This document shows, piece by piece, positions 1-10,415 of a stretch of DNA of 64,000 nucleotides. The stretch covers positions 20,735 to 84,734 of the forward strand of contig JBDHKN010000017.1 of NCBI GenBank assembly GCA_039586365.1, written 5' to 3'. The notes under the pieces are model-generated. The model searched no databases. It had not been told where the DNA came from and saw only the letters and a program-made list of their open reading frames with translations. Each line of letters begins with the position of its first letter. Positions within the stretch are counted from its first letter, which is position 1. Both the position numbers and the translations under genes were made by a program. The DNA comes from Gemmatimonadota bacterium. Lineage in GTDB: Bacteria > Gemmatimonadota > Gemmatimonadetes > Gemmatimonadales > GWC2-71-9.

Positions 1-8
1 TATCCGGC

Positions 9-1028
9 ATGCCGGTGTATTTGACTGCCCCTCCCAGCGACCCCCGCCTCTTCATCGTCGAGCGGGCTGGCCGAATCCGCGTCGTCGAAGACGGGCAATT
101 GCTTGCAGCGCCGTTTCTCGACATCACTGATTCGGTGAGCGGTGGTGGGGAGCAGGGACTGCTGTCCCTGGCTTTTCACCCCGACTACGCAACGACCGGC
201 TACTTGTACGTGTACTATACGGATGTGGCGGGCGACAGCCGTATAGTGCGTTACCAGGTCTCCGCTGATCGCAATGTTGCTGCCCCTGGTTCTGCCAAGG
301 TCATCCTCACCGTCAGTCAGCCGTACCCCAATCACAACGGTGGGCTTTTGGTCTTCGGACCTGGCGACATGCTCTTCATCGGCTTGGGAGATGGTGGGAG
401 TGGAGGGGACCCTCAAAACAACGGGCAAGACCCCAGTACTCTTCTCGGTTCACTACTCAGGATCGACGTAGACAGAGGGGATCCGTATGCTATTCCTCAG
501 GACAATCCCTTCGTGGGTGGTGCTGATTGGCGCGAGGAGACTTGGGCCTATGGCCTACGCAACCCGTGGCGGTTCTCATTCGATGATACCGCGGGCATGC
601 TCTACGTTGCGGATGTAGGTCAGAACAGTCGGGAGGAAGTGAACGCGACTTCGGCTGCAACCGGTGGACTCAACTATGGCTGGCGGATCATGGAGGGCAG
701 TAGCTGTTTCAATTCTCAGGACTGCACCAGCAACGGCCTGGTCCTGCCAGTTCTGGAATACGTCAACGGAGTGGATGGGTGCGCCGTAGTGGGCGGCTAT
801 GTATATCGTGGAGTCGAGCTCAGCAGCCTAGGCGGGACATACTTCTACTCTGACAACTGCGCAGGATGGATCCGCAGTTTCAGGTTGGAGTCTGGGACGG
901 CGACGGAGCAGAAGGAGTGGGATGTGGGTGACATAGGCAATGTACTCTCATTTGGAGTAGATGGTTTTGGAGAGTTGTATGTGCTGTCGGCGAACCGGAG
1001 GGTCTATCGTTTCGATAGCGTCAGGTGA
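9..1028 (+). CDS. PQQ-dependent glucose/sorbosone dehydrogenase family beta-propeller protein (probably 5'-truncated by the window edge)
   Basis: Motifs GEQGLLSLAFHP, NHNGG, GDGGSGGDP, YGLRNPWRFSFD, ADVGQ; frame is open back to position 3. Confidence 0.85.
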   Translation: MPVYLTAPPSDPRLFIVERAGRIRVVEDGQLLAAPFLDITDSVSGGGEQGLLSLAFHPDYATTGYLYVYYTDVAGDSRIVRYQVSADRNVAAPGSAKVILTVSQPYPNHNGGLLVFGPGDMLFIGLGDGGSGGDPQNNGQDPSTLLGSLLRIDVDRGDPYAIPQDNPFVGGADWREETWAYGLRNPWRFSFDDTAGMLYVADVGQNSREEVNATSAATGGLNYGWRIMEGSSCFNSQDCTSNGLVLPVLEYVNGVDGCAVVGGYVYRGVELSSLGGTYFYSDNCAGWIRSFRLESGTATEQKEWDVGDIGNVLSFGVDGFGELYVLSANRRVYRFDSVR

Positions 1029-1222
1029 GCCTGCCTCCACTCGACTCTTGTTGGTCTTCTCAACGCAAATGCTGTATTGTTTCACATTCAGATCATGAGG
1101 TTGGCACGCCGGAGGGAGCGGCCCGGTGTGCCCATGCTGTTGGGTCGGGGAAGCGGTCATCACGGTTGTTCCATTCCTCCGGAAACGTCTGTCCTTCTTT
1201 ATTCACGTCTTCAGAGGGCGTT

Positions 1223-1753
1223 ATGCTGAAATGGGTCCTGGCTTTGGTCGGCAGCTTGATTGCTCTTGTGGTACTACCGCTGATCCTCGGGATGTTCCTG
1301 CCGAAACAGCATGTCGCAATCAGTAGTGTAACGCTGCGCCAGCCACCCGACTCCCTGTGGATCGTGATGTTCAATCTCGCAGACTATCCTGCTTGGTGGC
1401 CGGATGTCAGGAGCATGGAGCGCCGACAGGATGATGCGGGAGGCGAGATCTGGGTACAAACCGACACGCAGGGGAGGGAGTTGCCGCTCGAGATGGTCAA
1501 GTCAGACCCCCCAGCCAGGTTGGTCATGCAGATCGCGGATGAGAGGCTGCCGTTCAGGGGCAGCTGGACCTATTTGATCGAGCCGGCTGCATTTGGGAGC
1601 ATGGTGACCGTGACTGAGGAGGGCGAGATATTCAATCCGGTCTTTCGCCTAGTAGCCCGAGTCTTTCTAGGCTATCACGGCACGATCGACAGATACCTGC
1701 AGGCACTTGGCTCGCGGTTTGGCGAGGACGTAACGCCGGCGCACCTCAACTGA
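1223..1753 (+). CDS. SRPBCC (START/polyketide cyclase-like) family protein with N-terminal membrane anchor
   Basis: ATG at 1223 after GAGG; hydrophobic N-terminus, then YPAWWPDV...PPARLV...GSWTYLIEP...VTVTEEG pattern. Confidence 0.7.
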   Translation: MLKWVLALVGSLIALVVLPLILGMFLPKQHVAISSVTLRQPPDSLWIVMFNLADYPAWWPDVRSMERRQDDAGGEIWVQTDTQGRELPLEMVKSDPPARLVMQIADERLPFRGSWTYLIEPAAFGSMVTVTEEGEIFNPVFRLVARVFLGYHGTIDRYLQALGSRFGEDVTPAHLN

Positions 1754-1761
1754 GATGTGAT

Positions 1762-2970
1762 ATGACGCGTTCGGGAGGACAAACCGAGCACATTCGGAAC
1801 CTTCTGCTGGATAGCAACCTGCACGTCATCTTCAGTGTCACCCTCATGGCCGTGCTAGGAGTGTCGACCATAACGCCGGTACTTCCCAGTGTTGCCGACG
1901 TCTTTCATCGTACGCCTCAATCGGTAGCACTGCTGATTGTCGCATTTACTCTGCCAGGAGCATTCTTCACACCCGTGGTAGGTGTAATGGGCGACAGGAT
2001 CGGTCGGAAAAAGGTGTTGGTGCCATCGTTAGTTGTCTTTGCTTTGGCCGGTGCTGCCTGCGGCTTTGCGCGGGATTTCCCGTTGCTAATTGCACTCAGG
2101 TTCCTGCAGGGGACCGGTGCTGCGGCACTCGGCGCTATCAATGTGACACTACTCGGTGATCTCTACGACGGCCCCAGGCGGGCCGCCGCAATGGGGTACA
2201 ATGCAAGTGTTCTTAGTGTTGGCACCGGGATTTACCCAGCATTGGGTGGTGGCTTGGCGGTTCTTGGGTGGTATTTCCCATTTTTTTTGCCAATAGTAGC
2301 TCTTCCGGTCGCCATGTTGGTCGTGGTGGTGCTGGACAATCCGGAGCCCACGGCCGAAGGCAGCCTACGCGAATACTTTGCAGTTACACTGCAAGCCGTG
2401 TGGAATCACCAAGTTCTCACTTTGTTTGCTGCGTCCATTGTCACGTTTGTGCTGATCTATGGCTCGTTCCTAGCCTACTTTCCGTTTCTCTTGCAGCGTT
2501 CGTTCGGTGCCTCTGCTGTGTCAATCGGCCTCGTGATGTCGGCAACCTCGGTAGCGACGGCCGTCGCATCGTTCAAGGTAGGGGCACTGTCACGTCGATA
2601 TGGATCCCAGGCGCTCGTGAAGACCGGCTTCCTCCTCTACGTGCTGTCAATGGCCGCCATACCGTTGGCGGCGGAGCCCTGGCTGCTCACCATGCCTCTC
2701 CTCCTTTTCGGTATCGCCAATGGACTCGTCATACCCAGTATTTTGACGATTCTGAATGGACATGCTCCGACGGAATACCGTGCCGCTTTTATGTCCTTGA
2801 ACGGCACTCTGTTGCGGTTGGGTCAGACCTTGGGGCCGCTTCTCGTCGGACTGGCGGCGGATCTAGTGGGGATGAGTGGCTCGTTCCTGATCAGTGCTGG
2901 ATTGGCTCTGCTGATGTTGCTGGTACTGATACGGGCATTGCCACGAGAGTCTGGGGCGGTAGTAACCTGA
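1762..2970 (+). CDS. MFS transporter (DHA1-like)
   Basis: About 12 hydrophobic segments; MFS motif A (GVMGDRIGRKKV) and LRFLQG. Confidence 0.9.
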   Translation: MTRSGGQTEHIRNLLLDSNLHVIFSVTLMAVLGVSTITPVLPSVADVFHRTPQSVALLIVAFTLPGAFFTPVVGVMGDRIGRKKVLVPSLVVFALAGAACGFARDFPLLIALRFLQGTGAAALGAINVTLLGDLYDGPRRAAAMGYNASVLSVGTGIYPALGGGLAVLGWYFPFFLPIVALPVAMLVVVVLDNPEPTAEGSLREYFAVTLQAVWNHQVLTLFAASIVTFVLIYGSFLAYFPFLLQRSFGASAVSIGLVMSATSVATAVASFKVGALSRRYGSQALVKTGFLLYVLSMAAIPLAAEPWLLTMPLLLFGIANGLVIPSILTILNGHAPTEYRAAFMSLNGTLLRLGQTLGPLLVGLAADLVGMSGSFLISAGLALLMLLVLIRALPRESGAVVT

Positions 2971-3013
2971 GCCGATACCCGAGCCTGCTTTGGGTCCGGT
3001 GCTGGCGCTCGCC

Positions 3014-4240
3014 CTAGCCACGTTCCTGGGGCTTCTCAAGTCGGTACACTCGTATGTGGTAGGCACCTTCCTCGTCCCGATAGCTCCCGATCACGAAGTC
3101 TCTCCCTATTTGGTGGACTGCCAAACCTCTTGGCGTCTCTACCGTTCCCAACATTCGGTGGTCTGAATCAAACACCGTCCAAGTGGGTGTTCCATCTCCA
3201 AATGGGAGATATTCGGCTACCCAGAGGTTGTCGTCAGAGTCGATCAACATGGCACCGTACGCGGGCATCGTATCAGGGTACGGTAGTGCCGCGAGTTGTC
3301 GCTCCCTTTGAGCCCGCTCTCTCTCGTGTACCCCGGTCAGTCTGCCCCGGACATAACGCTCGATGATCTCTGCTGTCACAGGACGTGGCTCTCGCACAAC
3401 GCGTGCGATGTCCGTGAGCCTTCCGTGCATGTCGTAGCTCTCGATTTGGTACGTGTCCTGGGTCCCGACGTACACTCTGTCGTCACTCACTGCAAACACA
3501 GTCGCACGGCCAAACGGTCGGCTGGTTACTCGCACTATCCGTGAGCTACCCTTCGTAAAGATGCGTTCCGCTCCTCTGAAGGTACCAACTTCATTCAAGT
3601 ACTCCCCAGTCGCTGAGTAGCGGGAAACCCTGGCAGGTCCGCGGACAAGACCCTCCGGAGTACTCGCCTGCTGTGTCATCGAACGTGCCCAGTGTCGCGC
3701 ATCTCGGATCGCCGCCAGCGAGCTGTCTGCGAAAACCCCCCTGACCGATCCGGGCTCCGCCTGGAAAGTGACTATCAAGGATATCGATTGTTCGAAGTTG
3801 CCGGCTGGGTCAAACAGCGATAGCCGCAGCCTGCCGAAATCGAACGCCACAACATCTCCGGAGCTGGTAGTCCCGAGCCACTCCAGCGCGGCGAAATGTA
3901 TCGATCCTTCGCCTCGGCTTCCTCCGCTCAGGAGATATCTACCAGTGGGATCGACCCAACGGAGTTCCTGCGTCCCCGCGTTGGCAACGACGATCGTGCC
4001 ATCCTCCAGCCTAAGGGAGCCCACAGGGCGAGAAATCCTGTGTAGCGAGTCCGCGTCAGCCCCACCAATATCGACCACGGAGGTGTCGGCCAGTCGCCAG
4101 GAATCGGCTCTACCCCATTGGGGCTCGAAGTTCTCGATGATTGTAACGCCGGCGCTATCGCGGACCACGGGCGGAGTTGGGGCACCACCGCCACAGGCGG
4201 CAAGCAGCACGAGGCCCAGGAGTAGTATGCATCTCTTCAT
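3014..4240 (-). CDS. Secreted lipoprotein, 6-bladed beta-propeller (NHL-like)
   Basis: Lipobox LAAC; RDSAGVTIIEN, DGTIVVANAG and NLWV..Y propeller-type motifs; paralogous to the adjacent gene. Confidence 0.7.
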   Translation of the reverse strand: MKRCILLLGLVLLAACGGGAPTPPVVRDSAGVTIIENFEPQWGRADSWRLADTSVVDIGGADADSLHRISRPVGSLRLEDGTIVVANAGTQELRWVDPTGRYLLSGGSRGEGSIHFAALEWLGTTSSGDVVAFDFGRLRLSLFDPAGNFEQSISLIVTFQAEPGSVRGVFADSSLAAIRDARHWARSMTQQASTPEGLVRGPARVSRYSATGEYLNEVGTFRGAERIFTKGSSRIVRVTSRPFGRATVFAVSDDRVYVGTQDTYQIESYDMHGRLTDIARVVREPRPVTAEIIERYVRGRLTGVHERERAQRERQLAALPYPDTMPAYGAMLIDSDDNLWVAEYLPFGDGTPTWTVFDSDHRMLGTVETPRGLAVHQIGRDFVIGSYRDEEGAYHIRVYRLEKPQERG

Positions 4241-4243
4241 GGC

Positions 4244-5410
4244 TCAAGTCTTCTCGAGTTCGTAGAGGTGGATGTGCTCGACGTCAAAATCGTCAGTCCA
4301 CCGTCCGAGTACGAAGTCCGACCCTATTTGGTGGATGGTGAAGTTGACGGGTGTTGCAACGGTACCCAGCATCCGGTGTTGCGAGTCAAAGACGGTCCAG
4401 CGTGGCCTCTGGTCCCCGGGAGCGCAGGACTCCTCCACCCAGAGATTGCCGTCTGTGTCGACACGGATTCTCCCGTAGGCCGGCATTGACTCAGGGTAAG
4501 GCAAGTAACTCAGCCGGGCTCTCGAGCGTCTTCTCTCGACGTCATCGGTTGCTTCTGTGAGCGATTGCTCGATAAATGCCTCGATGTGTGCAGGGGTGAC
4601 AGTGAGGTTGTCCTGCTGTCGACGAACACTGCCGATGAGTCCACCATCGGGATTGTGAACCGTAATCGCATAACGGTCTTGCGTTCCGACATAGAACGCG
4701 CTGTCTGTCACCGCATAGACCGTGCTGTCTACGCTGGAGCCGGTTCCGGTCCGCTGGATTTCTAGGATCCGTTCGGTTCCTGGGAACAAACCCAACGAGT
4801 CCAGAAACTCACCGGTATTCGCGTACCGGTATAGACCATCAGACCGTCGTCTCAATCCCTCAGAGAGGTCATCTGCACCCATCGCTCTGCTAGTCAGCAA
4901 CAGAGATCCGTCGGCGAACATGCCGAGCACCAAACCACGCTGGCCCAGCGTTTGCGCGCGTCCGAACTCACCTTCTGTGTCGAAAACAGAAACTCGAGAG
5001 TGCCGCTGATCATAGGCGATTATCGAGTCCTCTCCCAATTGAGCCACCCAACCCAGGCCCTCAAATTCACCCGGCCCCCCACCACGACCGCCTGCCGTCC
5101 TCACGTATGTCCCCTGGGGATCAAACCAGCGGAGTTCTTGCGTGCCCGCGTTGGCCACTACGATGGTGCCATCGGGCAACCGAAGGGAACTGTTGGCACG
5201 AAACAACTGATAGTGTGTGTCGCCCTCGACTACACCTATTTCCACAGCCGGATTGGCCGATAACCGCCATGCGTCACGGGTGTTCCATGCAGCATGTTGG
5301 CTTTCCACAATGGTTATGCCGCCACTGTCGCGAACAACAGTGTAGCGATCACCGTTGTCTGCAGCCGTGCACGCAGTGACGGCTAGCGTAATGATCGATG
5401 CCCATCTCAT
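4244..5410 (-). CDS. Secreted lipoprotein, 6-bladed beta-propeller (NHL-like)
   Basis: Lipobox VTAC; GGRGGGPGEF NHL-like motif; shares many blocks with 3014..4240. Confidence 0.7.
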   Translation of the reverse strand: MRWASIITLAVTACTAADNGDRYTVVRDSGGITIVESQHAAWNTRDAWRLSANPAVEIGVVEGDTHYQLFRANSSLRLPDGTIVVANAGTQELRWFDPQGTYVRTAGGRGGGPGEFEGLGWVAQLGEDSIIAYDQRHSRVSVFDTEGEFGRAQTLGQRGLVLGMFADGSLLLTSRAMGADDLSEGLRRRSDGLYRYANTGEFLDSLGLFPGTERILEIQRTGTGSSVDSTVYAVTDSAFYVGTQDRYAITVHNPDGGLIGSVRRQQDNLTVTPAHIEAFIEQSLTEATDDVERRRSRARLSYLPYPESMPAYGRIRVDTDGNLWVEESCAPGDQRPRWTVFDSQHRMLGTVATPVNFTIHQIGSDFVLGRWTDDFDVEHIHLYELEKT

Positions 5411-5523
5411 ACTCGCACCCCGTTGTTGGAAGCTACTCTTCGATCAGGTGACCGACTAGCTGTGGCCGCCCTGACTGGCACAATCGTCCGATGCTAAATT
5501 CAATGGCCATTTCCAAGTGCGAC

Positions 5524-7548
5524 ATGATCATGAACCAAAAGCAGGCTGAACGGCGGGTCCGAGAGCTACGGTCTCTCATTCGGCACCATGACTATCTCTA
5601 CCATGTTGCGGACCAGCCGGAGATTGCAGACTCTGCGTATGACGCGCTGTTCGCGGAACTGCGTGAACTCGAGGCTCGATACCCGGAGCTGGTGAGCCCG
5701 GATTCCCCCACGCAGCGAGTCGGAGGCTTGGCGCTTGACGAGTTCCCCAAGGTGGAGCATACCGCGCCCATGTTGAGCCTCGATTCGGCTCAAGCGGAAA
5801 GCGCATTGCGACGTTTTGACGAGAGGGTCCGCAAGGGCCTCGGCCGGACCGATGTCGAATACGTAGTAGAACCGAAACTGGACGGGGCCTCGGTGGAGCT
5901 GGTGTACCAGGGAGGATTGCTGGTGCGGGCCTCTACCAGAGGCGACGGTGTGGTTGGAGAGGGGATCACTGAGAACGTACGGACAATCGCTGCCGTCCCA
6001 CTGCGGCTACGCGAGGGCAACGTCACTCCTCCGACCCTCCTGGCGCTCCGCGGTGAAGTGATTATGCGGGTAGACGCATTTGAGCAACTGAACGAGAAGT
6101 TGCTGTCCGAGGGAAAGAGCCCGTTTGCAAATCCAAGGAATGCGGCTGCCGGAGCCCTGCGGCAGCTAGATGCGCGGGTTACCGCATCACGGCCGCTGGA
6201 CATCTACCTGTATGACGTGCTTGCCTCTGAAGACACACGATTCGACACGCAATGGGGTGTTTTCAAGGCGCTTAGGGCTTGGGGACTGCAGGTCAACGAT
6301 CTGCCGAGACTCGTCCGATCGGTGGATGAGATCGTCGAATACCACAGAGCACTACACGAACGTCGTGACGACCTGGATTATGAAATAGACGGGGTGGTGG
6401 TGAAACTCAATGATCTCGCGGCACGAGATGGCCTGGGTACTACCTCTCACCACCCCCGTTGGGCCTTTGCCTTCAAGTTCCCACCCCGCAAAGAGGTAAC
6501 GCGGGTGGTCAAGATCGTATCGAGTGTTGGTAGGACGGGCGTCATAACCCCTGGTGCGATGCTTCGTCCCGTAGAAATCGGCGGAGTGACGGTTAGTCGT
6601 GCCAACCTCCACAACCGAGAGGAAGTGGCCCGCAAAGACATCCGGGAGGGCGATCTGGTCCGAGTTCAACGAGCGGGCGACGTGATTCCTCAGGTGGTGG
6701 AACGAGTGGACGAACCCGGTCGCAAGAGAGCAGTGGCGTACAGGATGCCGGCCGAATGCCCTTCCTGCAGCACGCCAGTCGCAGAGCGAGGCCCCTTCAC
6801 GGTATGCCCCAACAGCTTCGAGTGCCCTGCCCAACTGGCGGCCCGGCTGGAGCACTTCGCATCTCGGATGGCACTCGACATAGCGGGACTCGGTGAGGAA
6901 ACCGCTAGGCTTTTCGTGAATCAAGGGCTAGTTAAGCGATTGCCTGACCTCTTCCATTTGAGGCCGCATGACTTGACCAAACTCGAAGGGTTCGCCGACA
7001 AATCTGCCAACAACCTGATTGATGCAATAGCGCGTGCGTCCCCCGTGCCGTTTCACCGCTTCCTGTACGGTCTCGGCGTGCCAGAAGTAGGCACCACGGT
7101 CGCCAAAGATCTGGCAAGGCATTTTGGTTCGCTTCGCAAGCTCTGGGAGGCGTCAGTGGAGGAGCTTGAAATGGTGGACGGAGTCGGGACCAAGATGGCT
7201 GAGCAGATCAGGGCCTTCTTTGCGGATGAACGGAACGCAGCCATCCTAGACGACCTGCTGGATGGCAAGGTGCAGATCGAGGAGACGACACCTGCTGCCG
7301 CTGGACCTCTCGCTGGTCTCAGCATCGTTTTCACCGGTGGTCTGAGTCGCCTCTCACGGCGTGAGGCGGAACAACTGATCGAGTCACTCGGGGCAAGGGC
7401 GTCTTCCTCTGTGAGTAAGGATACTGACATCGTCGTGGCCGGGGTCGATCCGGGTAGCAAGTATGACAAAGCGGCTAAGCTAGGTGTCAGGATTCTGGAC
7501 GAAGACGGTTTCATCCAGTTCCTGGTGTCTAGGGGCGTCGAGGTCTGA
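5524..7548 (+). CDS. ligA: NAD-dependent DNA ligase
   Basis: EPKLDG active-site motif, STRGDG, ANPRNAAAG, C4 zinc finger, HhH motifs, C-terminal BRCT; start could be 5491, 5524 or 5530. Confidence 0.97.
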   Translation: MIMNQKQAERRVRELRSLIRHHDYLYHVADQPEIADSAYDALFAELRELEARYPELVSPDSPTQRVGGLALDEFPKVEHTAPMLSLDSAQAESALRRFDERVRKGLGRTDVEYVVEPKLDGASVELVYQGGLLVRASTRGDGVVGEGITENVRTIAAVPLRLREGNVTPPTLLALRGEVIMRVDAFEQLNEKLLSEGKSPFANPRNAAAGALRQLDARVTASRPLDIYLYDVLASEDTRFDTQWGVFKALRAWGLQVNDLPRLVRSVDEIVEYHRALHERRDDLDYEIDGVVVKLNDLAARDGLGTTSHHPRWAFAFKFPPRKEVTRVVKIVSSVGRTGVITPGAMLRPVEIGGVTVSRANLHNREEVARKDIREGDLVRVQRAGDVIPQVVERVDEPGRKRAVAYRMPAECPSCSTPVAERGPFTVCPNSFECPAQLAARLEHFASRMALDIAGLGEETARLFVNQGLVKRLPDLFHLRPHDLTKLEGFADKSANNLIDAIARASPVPFHRFLYGLGVPEVGTTVAKDLARHFGSLRKLWEASVEELEMVDGVGTKMAEQIRAFFADERNAAILDDLLDGKVQIEETTPAAAGPLAGLSIVFTGGLSRLSRREAEQLIESLGARASSSVSKDTDIVVAGVDPGSKYDKAAKLGVRILDEDGFIQFLVSRGVEV

Positions 7549-9303
7549 ATGGAGAACATCGAGATAGCAGGTGTCCTGACGGACGTTGCGGACCTGCTCG
7601 AAATACAGGGAGCAAACCCGTTCCGAGTTCGTGCCTACCGCAACGCCGCCCAAACCGTTGAGGAGCACGGTACCCCACTCCGCAAGCTCGTTGACGAAGG
7701 GGTAGATCTCACCGAGTTGCCCGGTATCGGCAAAGACATAGCGCAGCATATTGGGGAGTTGGTGAAGGTGGGGAAACTCACGCTGCTATCCCACCTGGCC
7801 GAGGAAATCCCAGTGTCTCTCATCGAGCTGACGCGGTTACCGGGGCTTGGTGCGAGACGGACAAGAAAGCTGTGGGAGGAGTTGGGTATCGAAACCCTAA
7901 CCGAATTGGAGGATGCCGCAAGGGCATGTCGAGTCGAGGGGCTCGCTGGTTTCGGTAAGAAGACGCAATCCAAGATCCTAGTTGCGATCGAGCGGTACCG
8001 CCACCGTCAGGGCCGCATGAAGCTGGGCGACGCCGATCAACATGTGCACCCTTTGGTTGAGTACATGCGCGGCAATGAAGCTGTCAGGGAGATCGAGGTG
8101 GCAGGCAGCTATCGCCGGCGGAAGGAGACGGTCAGAGACATCGACCTTTTGGTCGTCGCGGTAGAGCCCGGCGCGGTAACGGAACACTTCGTGGCATATC
8201 CGGATGTCAGGAAGGTGCAGAGTTCCGGCGACACCCGCAGCAGCGTGGTACTCAGTTCCGGCCTGCAGGTCGACCTCAGGGTTGTCCGCCCAGAGAGCTA
8301 TGGGGCCGCATTGGTCTATTTCACGGGATCCAAGGAACACAACGTGAAGCTCCGCACGCGGGCGGTTCGGCAGGGCTTGAGGGTGTCAGAGTACGGTGTC
8401 TTTCGTGGCGGAGACGAAGCTGCTGACAGTGGTGATCCGTGGGCGGGAGAGTTCGTAGCCGGTGGAGAGGAAGCAGAGGTCTACAGTGTTGTGGAGTTGG
8501 ACTGGATACCGCCTGAGCTGAGAGAGAATCGCGGTGAGATAGAGGCTGCGGAGCGGCACGCACTACCCCAGCTACTGGTTCTGGGCGACATCAGGGGTGA
8601 TCTGCAGATGCACTCCACCTGGTCCGACGGGAAAGAGTCCATTGAGACCATGCTCGAAGCCTGTGCGGCCCGTGGCTATGAGTACTTCGCCATCACCGAC
8701 CACAGCAAGGCCCTGGCCATGACAGGAGGTCTTGATGCAGCGAAGCTACGTGAGCAGTGGGTCGAGATCGTTGAGGTGACAGATAGGCACAGTGAGATCC
8801 GTCTGCTGCGGGGCATGGAGGTCGACATCCTTGTTGATGGCCGGCTTGACCTCGAGGACGAGATGCTAGCCGAACTGGATATCGTTCTGGCGTCGATCCA
8901 CTCACGCTTCGACTTGGAACCAGCGGAGCAGACGGAGCGCATTTTGAGGGCGGTTCAACACCCCCAAGTGAACATTCTCGCGCATCCTACCGGGCGTCAG
9001 ATCAATAGACGTGATCCGATGCAGTTTGATCTCGACGCTGTCCTGCAATGTGCCACGGAGAACAGTGTGGCCATCGAGATCAACGCCCATCCTGACCGCC
9101 TGGATTTGAACGACGTGCATGTCATACAGGCACGGGAGCACGGCTGTAGCTTCGTTATCAGTACAGACGCTCACAGAGTGTCAGATCTCGACCTGATGCG
9201 ATACGGTGTTGAACAGGCGAGGAGGGGGTGGTTAGAAAAAAGACACGTGTTGAATGCTCTCTCCTACGAAAGGCTGGTGAAACTGTTGGACAAGAGACGG
9301 TAG
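7549..9303 (+). CDS. polX: DNA polymerase X with PHP 3'-5' exonuclease domain
   Basis: NPFRVRAY, AGSYRR, DIDLL and VDLR catalytic Asp residues, YFTGSKEHN, PHP motifs DLQMHSTWSDG, TDHS, STDAH. Confidence 0.95.
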   Translation: MENIEIAGVLTDVADLLEIQGANPFRVRAYRNAAQTVEEHGTPLRKLVDEGVDLTELPGIGKDIAQHIGELVKVGKLTLLSHLAEEIPVSLIELTRLPGLGARRTRKLWEELGIETLTELEDAARACRVEGLAGFGKKTQSKILVAIERYRHRQGRMKLGDADQHVHPLVEYMRGNEAVREIEVAGSYRRRKETVRDIDLLVVAVEPGAVTEHFVAYPDVRKVQSSGDTRSSVVLSSGLQVDLRVVRPESYGAALVYFTGSKEHNVKLRTRAVRQGLRVSEYGVFRGGDEAADSGDPWAGEFVAGGEEAEVYSVVELDWIPPELRENRGEIEAAERHALPQLLVLGDIRGDLQMHSTWSDGKESIETMLEACAARGYEYFAITDHSKALAMTGGLDAAKLREQWVEIVEVTDRHSEIRLLRGMEVDILVDGRLDLEDEMLAELDIVLASIHSRFDLEPAEQTERILRAVQHPQVNILAHPTGRQINRRDPMQFDLDAVLQCATENSVAIEINAHPDRLDLNDVHVIQAREHGCSFVISTDAHRVSDLDLMRYGVEQARRGWLEKRHVLNALSYERLVKLLDKRR

Positions 9304-9412
9304 GAGCGGAAGGTCTAGCGGTTGAGCGACTGCGATCTCAGTTTGGATCCGCCCTCCGTGTACTGTGCTCGTCACGGCGTGCGCAACGGATCTCATCGAA
9401 GGGAGCAATGGA

Positions 9413-9598
9413 ATGGGTGATATCACCGTGATCAAAGATGGTCCCTACCACATCACCGGTGTATCGGACCTCAAGGACTCAGACGGCAACGCTTTTGAGG
9501 CGGGTGACGAAGTCTGGTTGTGCCGCTGTGGTCGATCGGGCAGGAAACCGTTTTGCGATGGCACCCACAAGAAGGTTGGCTTTAAGGATGAGCCGTAG
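9413..9598 (+). CDS. CDGSH iron-sulfur domain protein
   Basis: DGPY and LCRCGRSGRKPFCDGTH motif; GGGAG RBS before ATG 9413. Confidence 0.9.
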   Translation: MGDITVIKDGPYHITGVSDLKDSDGNAFEAGDEVWLCRCGRSGRKPFCDGTHKKVGFKDEP

Positions 9599-9665
9599 GT
9601 ACTTTCTCTCAACCTTTGGTACTGATCAGTATTCTCTGTGTCACTGACATGAAGACGAGGTAACC

Positions 9666-10415
9666 GTGAAGATAGCTGTCTGCGTGAAGCGGGTCCCGGA
9701 CACGGAAACCCGCATCAAGGTTGGCGCCGATGGGAAATCTATCGACGAGAGCGGAGTGAAGTTCGTATTGAATCCGTTCGATGAGTATGCCGTCGAAGAG
9801 GCACTCAAGCTCAAAGAGCAGTCGAGTGGCGAAGTCGTAGTCGTGAGTGTTGGCAGCGATGCGTCGCAGGAGACGATCCGAACGGCCCTCGCGATGGGGG
9901 CGGACCGCGGTGTGTTGCTCAAAGCAGAAACACGGCCGCTGGATCCGCTCGCCACGGCTCAGGTACTCGCTGCAGAGCTCCGACAGGGTGGCTACGACAT
10001 CATCCTGTTCGGAAAGCAGGCAATAGACGACTACAGCCACGCGGTCGGCACGATGGTCGCGGAGCTAATGGGATTGCCTTCAGTCAGTGCTATCACGACC
10101 CTTGAAATTGGCGATCTGAAGGGGACCGCGGAGCGAGAGGTGGAAGGTGCAGTAGAAGTGGTCGAGTTCTCTCTCCCAGTTGTCCTGACGGCGGAAAAGG
10201 GCTTGAACGAACCCCGATATCCTGCGTTGCGCGGAATCATGCTCGCCAAGAAGAAACCGTTGGAAGTCAAAGAAGTCGAGTTGGATCTTGGGGGGATCGA
10301 GGTGCTGGAGCTGGCGCTGCCGGCCTCACGCAAGGAGGGTCGGATAGTCGGCGAAGGTGCCGAAGCCGTACCGGCCCTGGTTGATGCACTCAAGAACGAA
10401 GCGAAGGTGCTCTGA
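9666..10415 (+). CDS. etfB: Electron transfer flavoprotein beta subunit
   Basis: KIAVCVKRVPD, NPFDEYAVEEA, ALAMGADRG, GKQAID, NEPRY. Confidence 0.95.
   Translation: MKIAVCVKRVPDTETRIKVGADGKSIDESGVKFVLNPFDEYAVEEALKLKEQSSGEVVVVSVGSDASQETIRTALAMGADRGVLLKAETRPLDPLATAQVLAAELRQGGYDIILFGKQAIDDYSHAVGTMVAELMGLPSVSAITTLEIGDLKGTAEREVEGAVEVVEFSLPVVLTAEKGLNEPRYPALRGIMLAKKKPLEVKEVELDLGGIEVLELALPASRKEGRIVGEGAEAVPALVDALKNEAKVL

Noticed and set aside
1181..1210. Second ECF promoter (GGAAAC...CGTC) before the SRPBCC gene
   Set aside because: The spacer is 19 nt, too long for the 16-nt pattern
8599..8630. PolX PHP domain inactive because of QxH instead of HxH
   Set aside because: Gln at this position is, to my recollection, a known variant in active bacterial PolX, and the other metal ligands are intact
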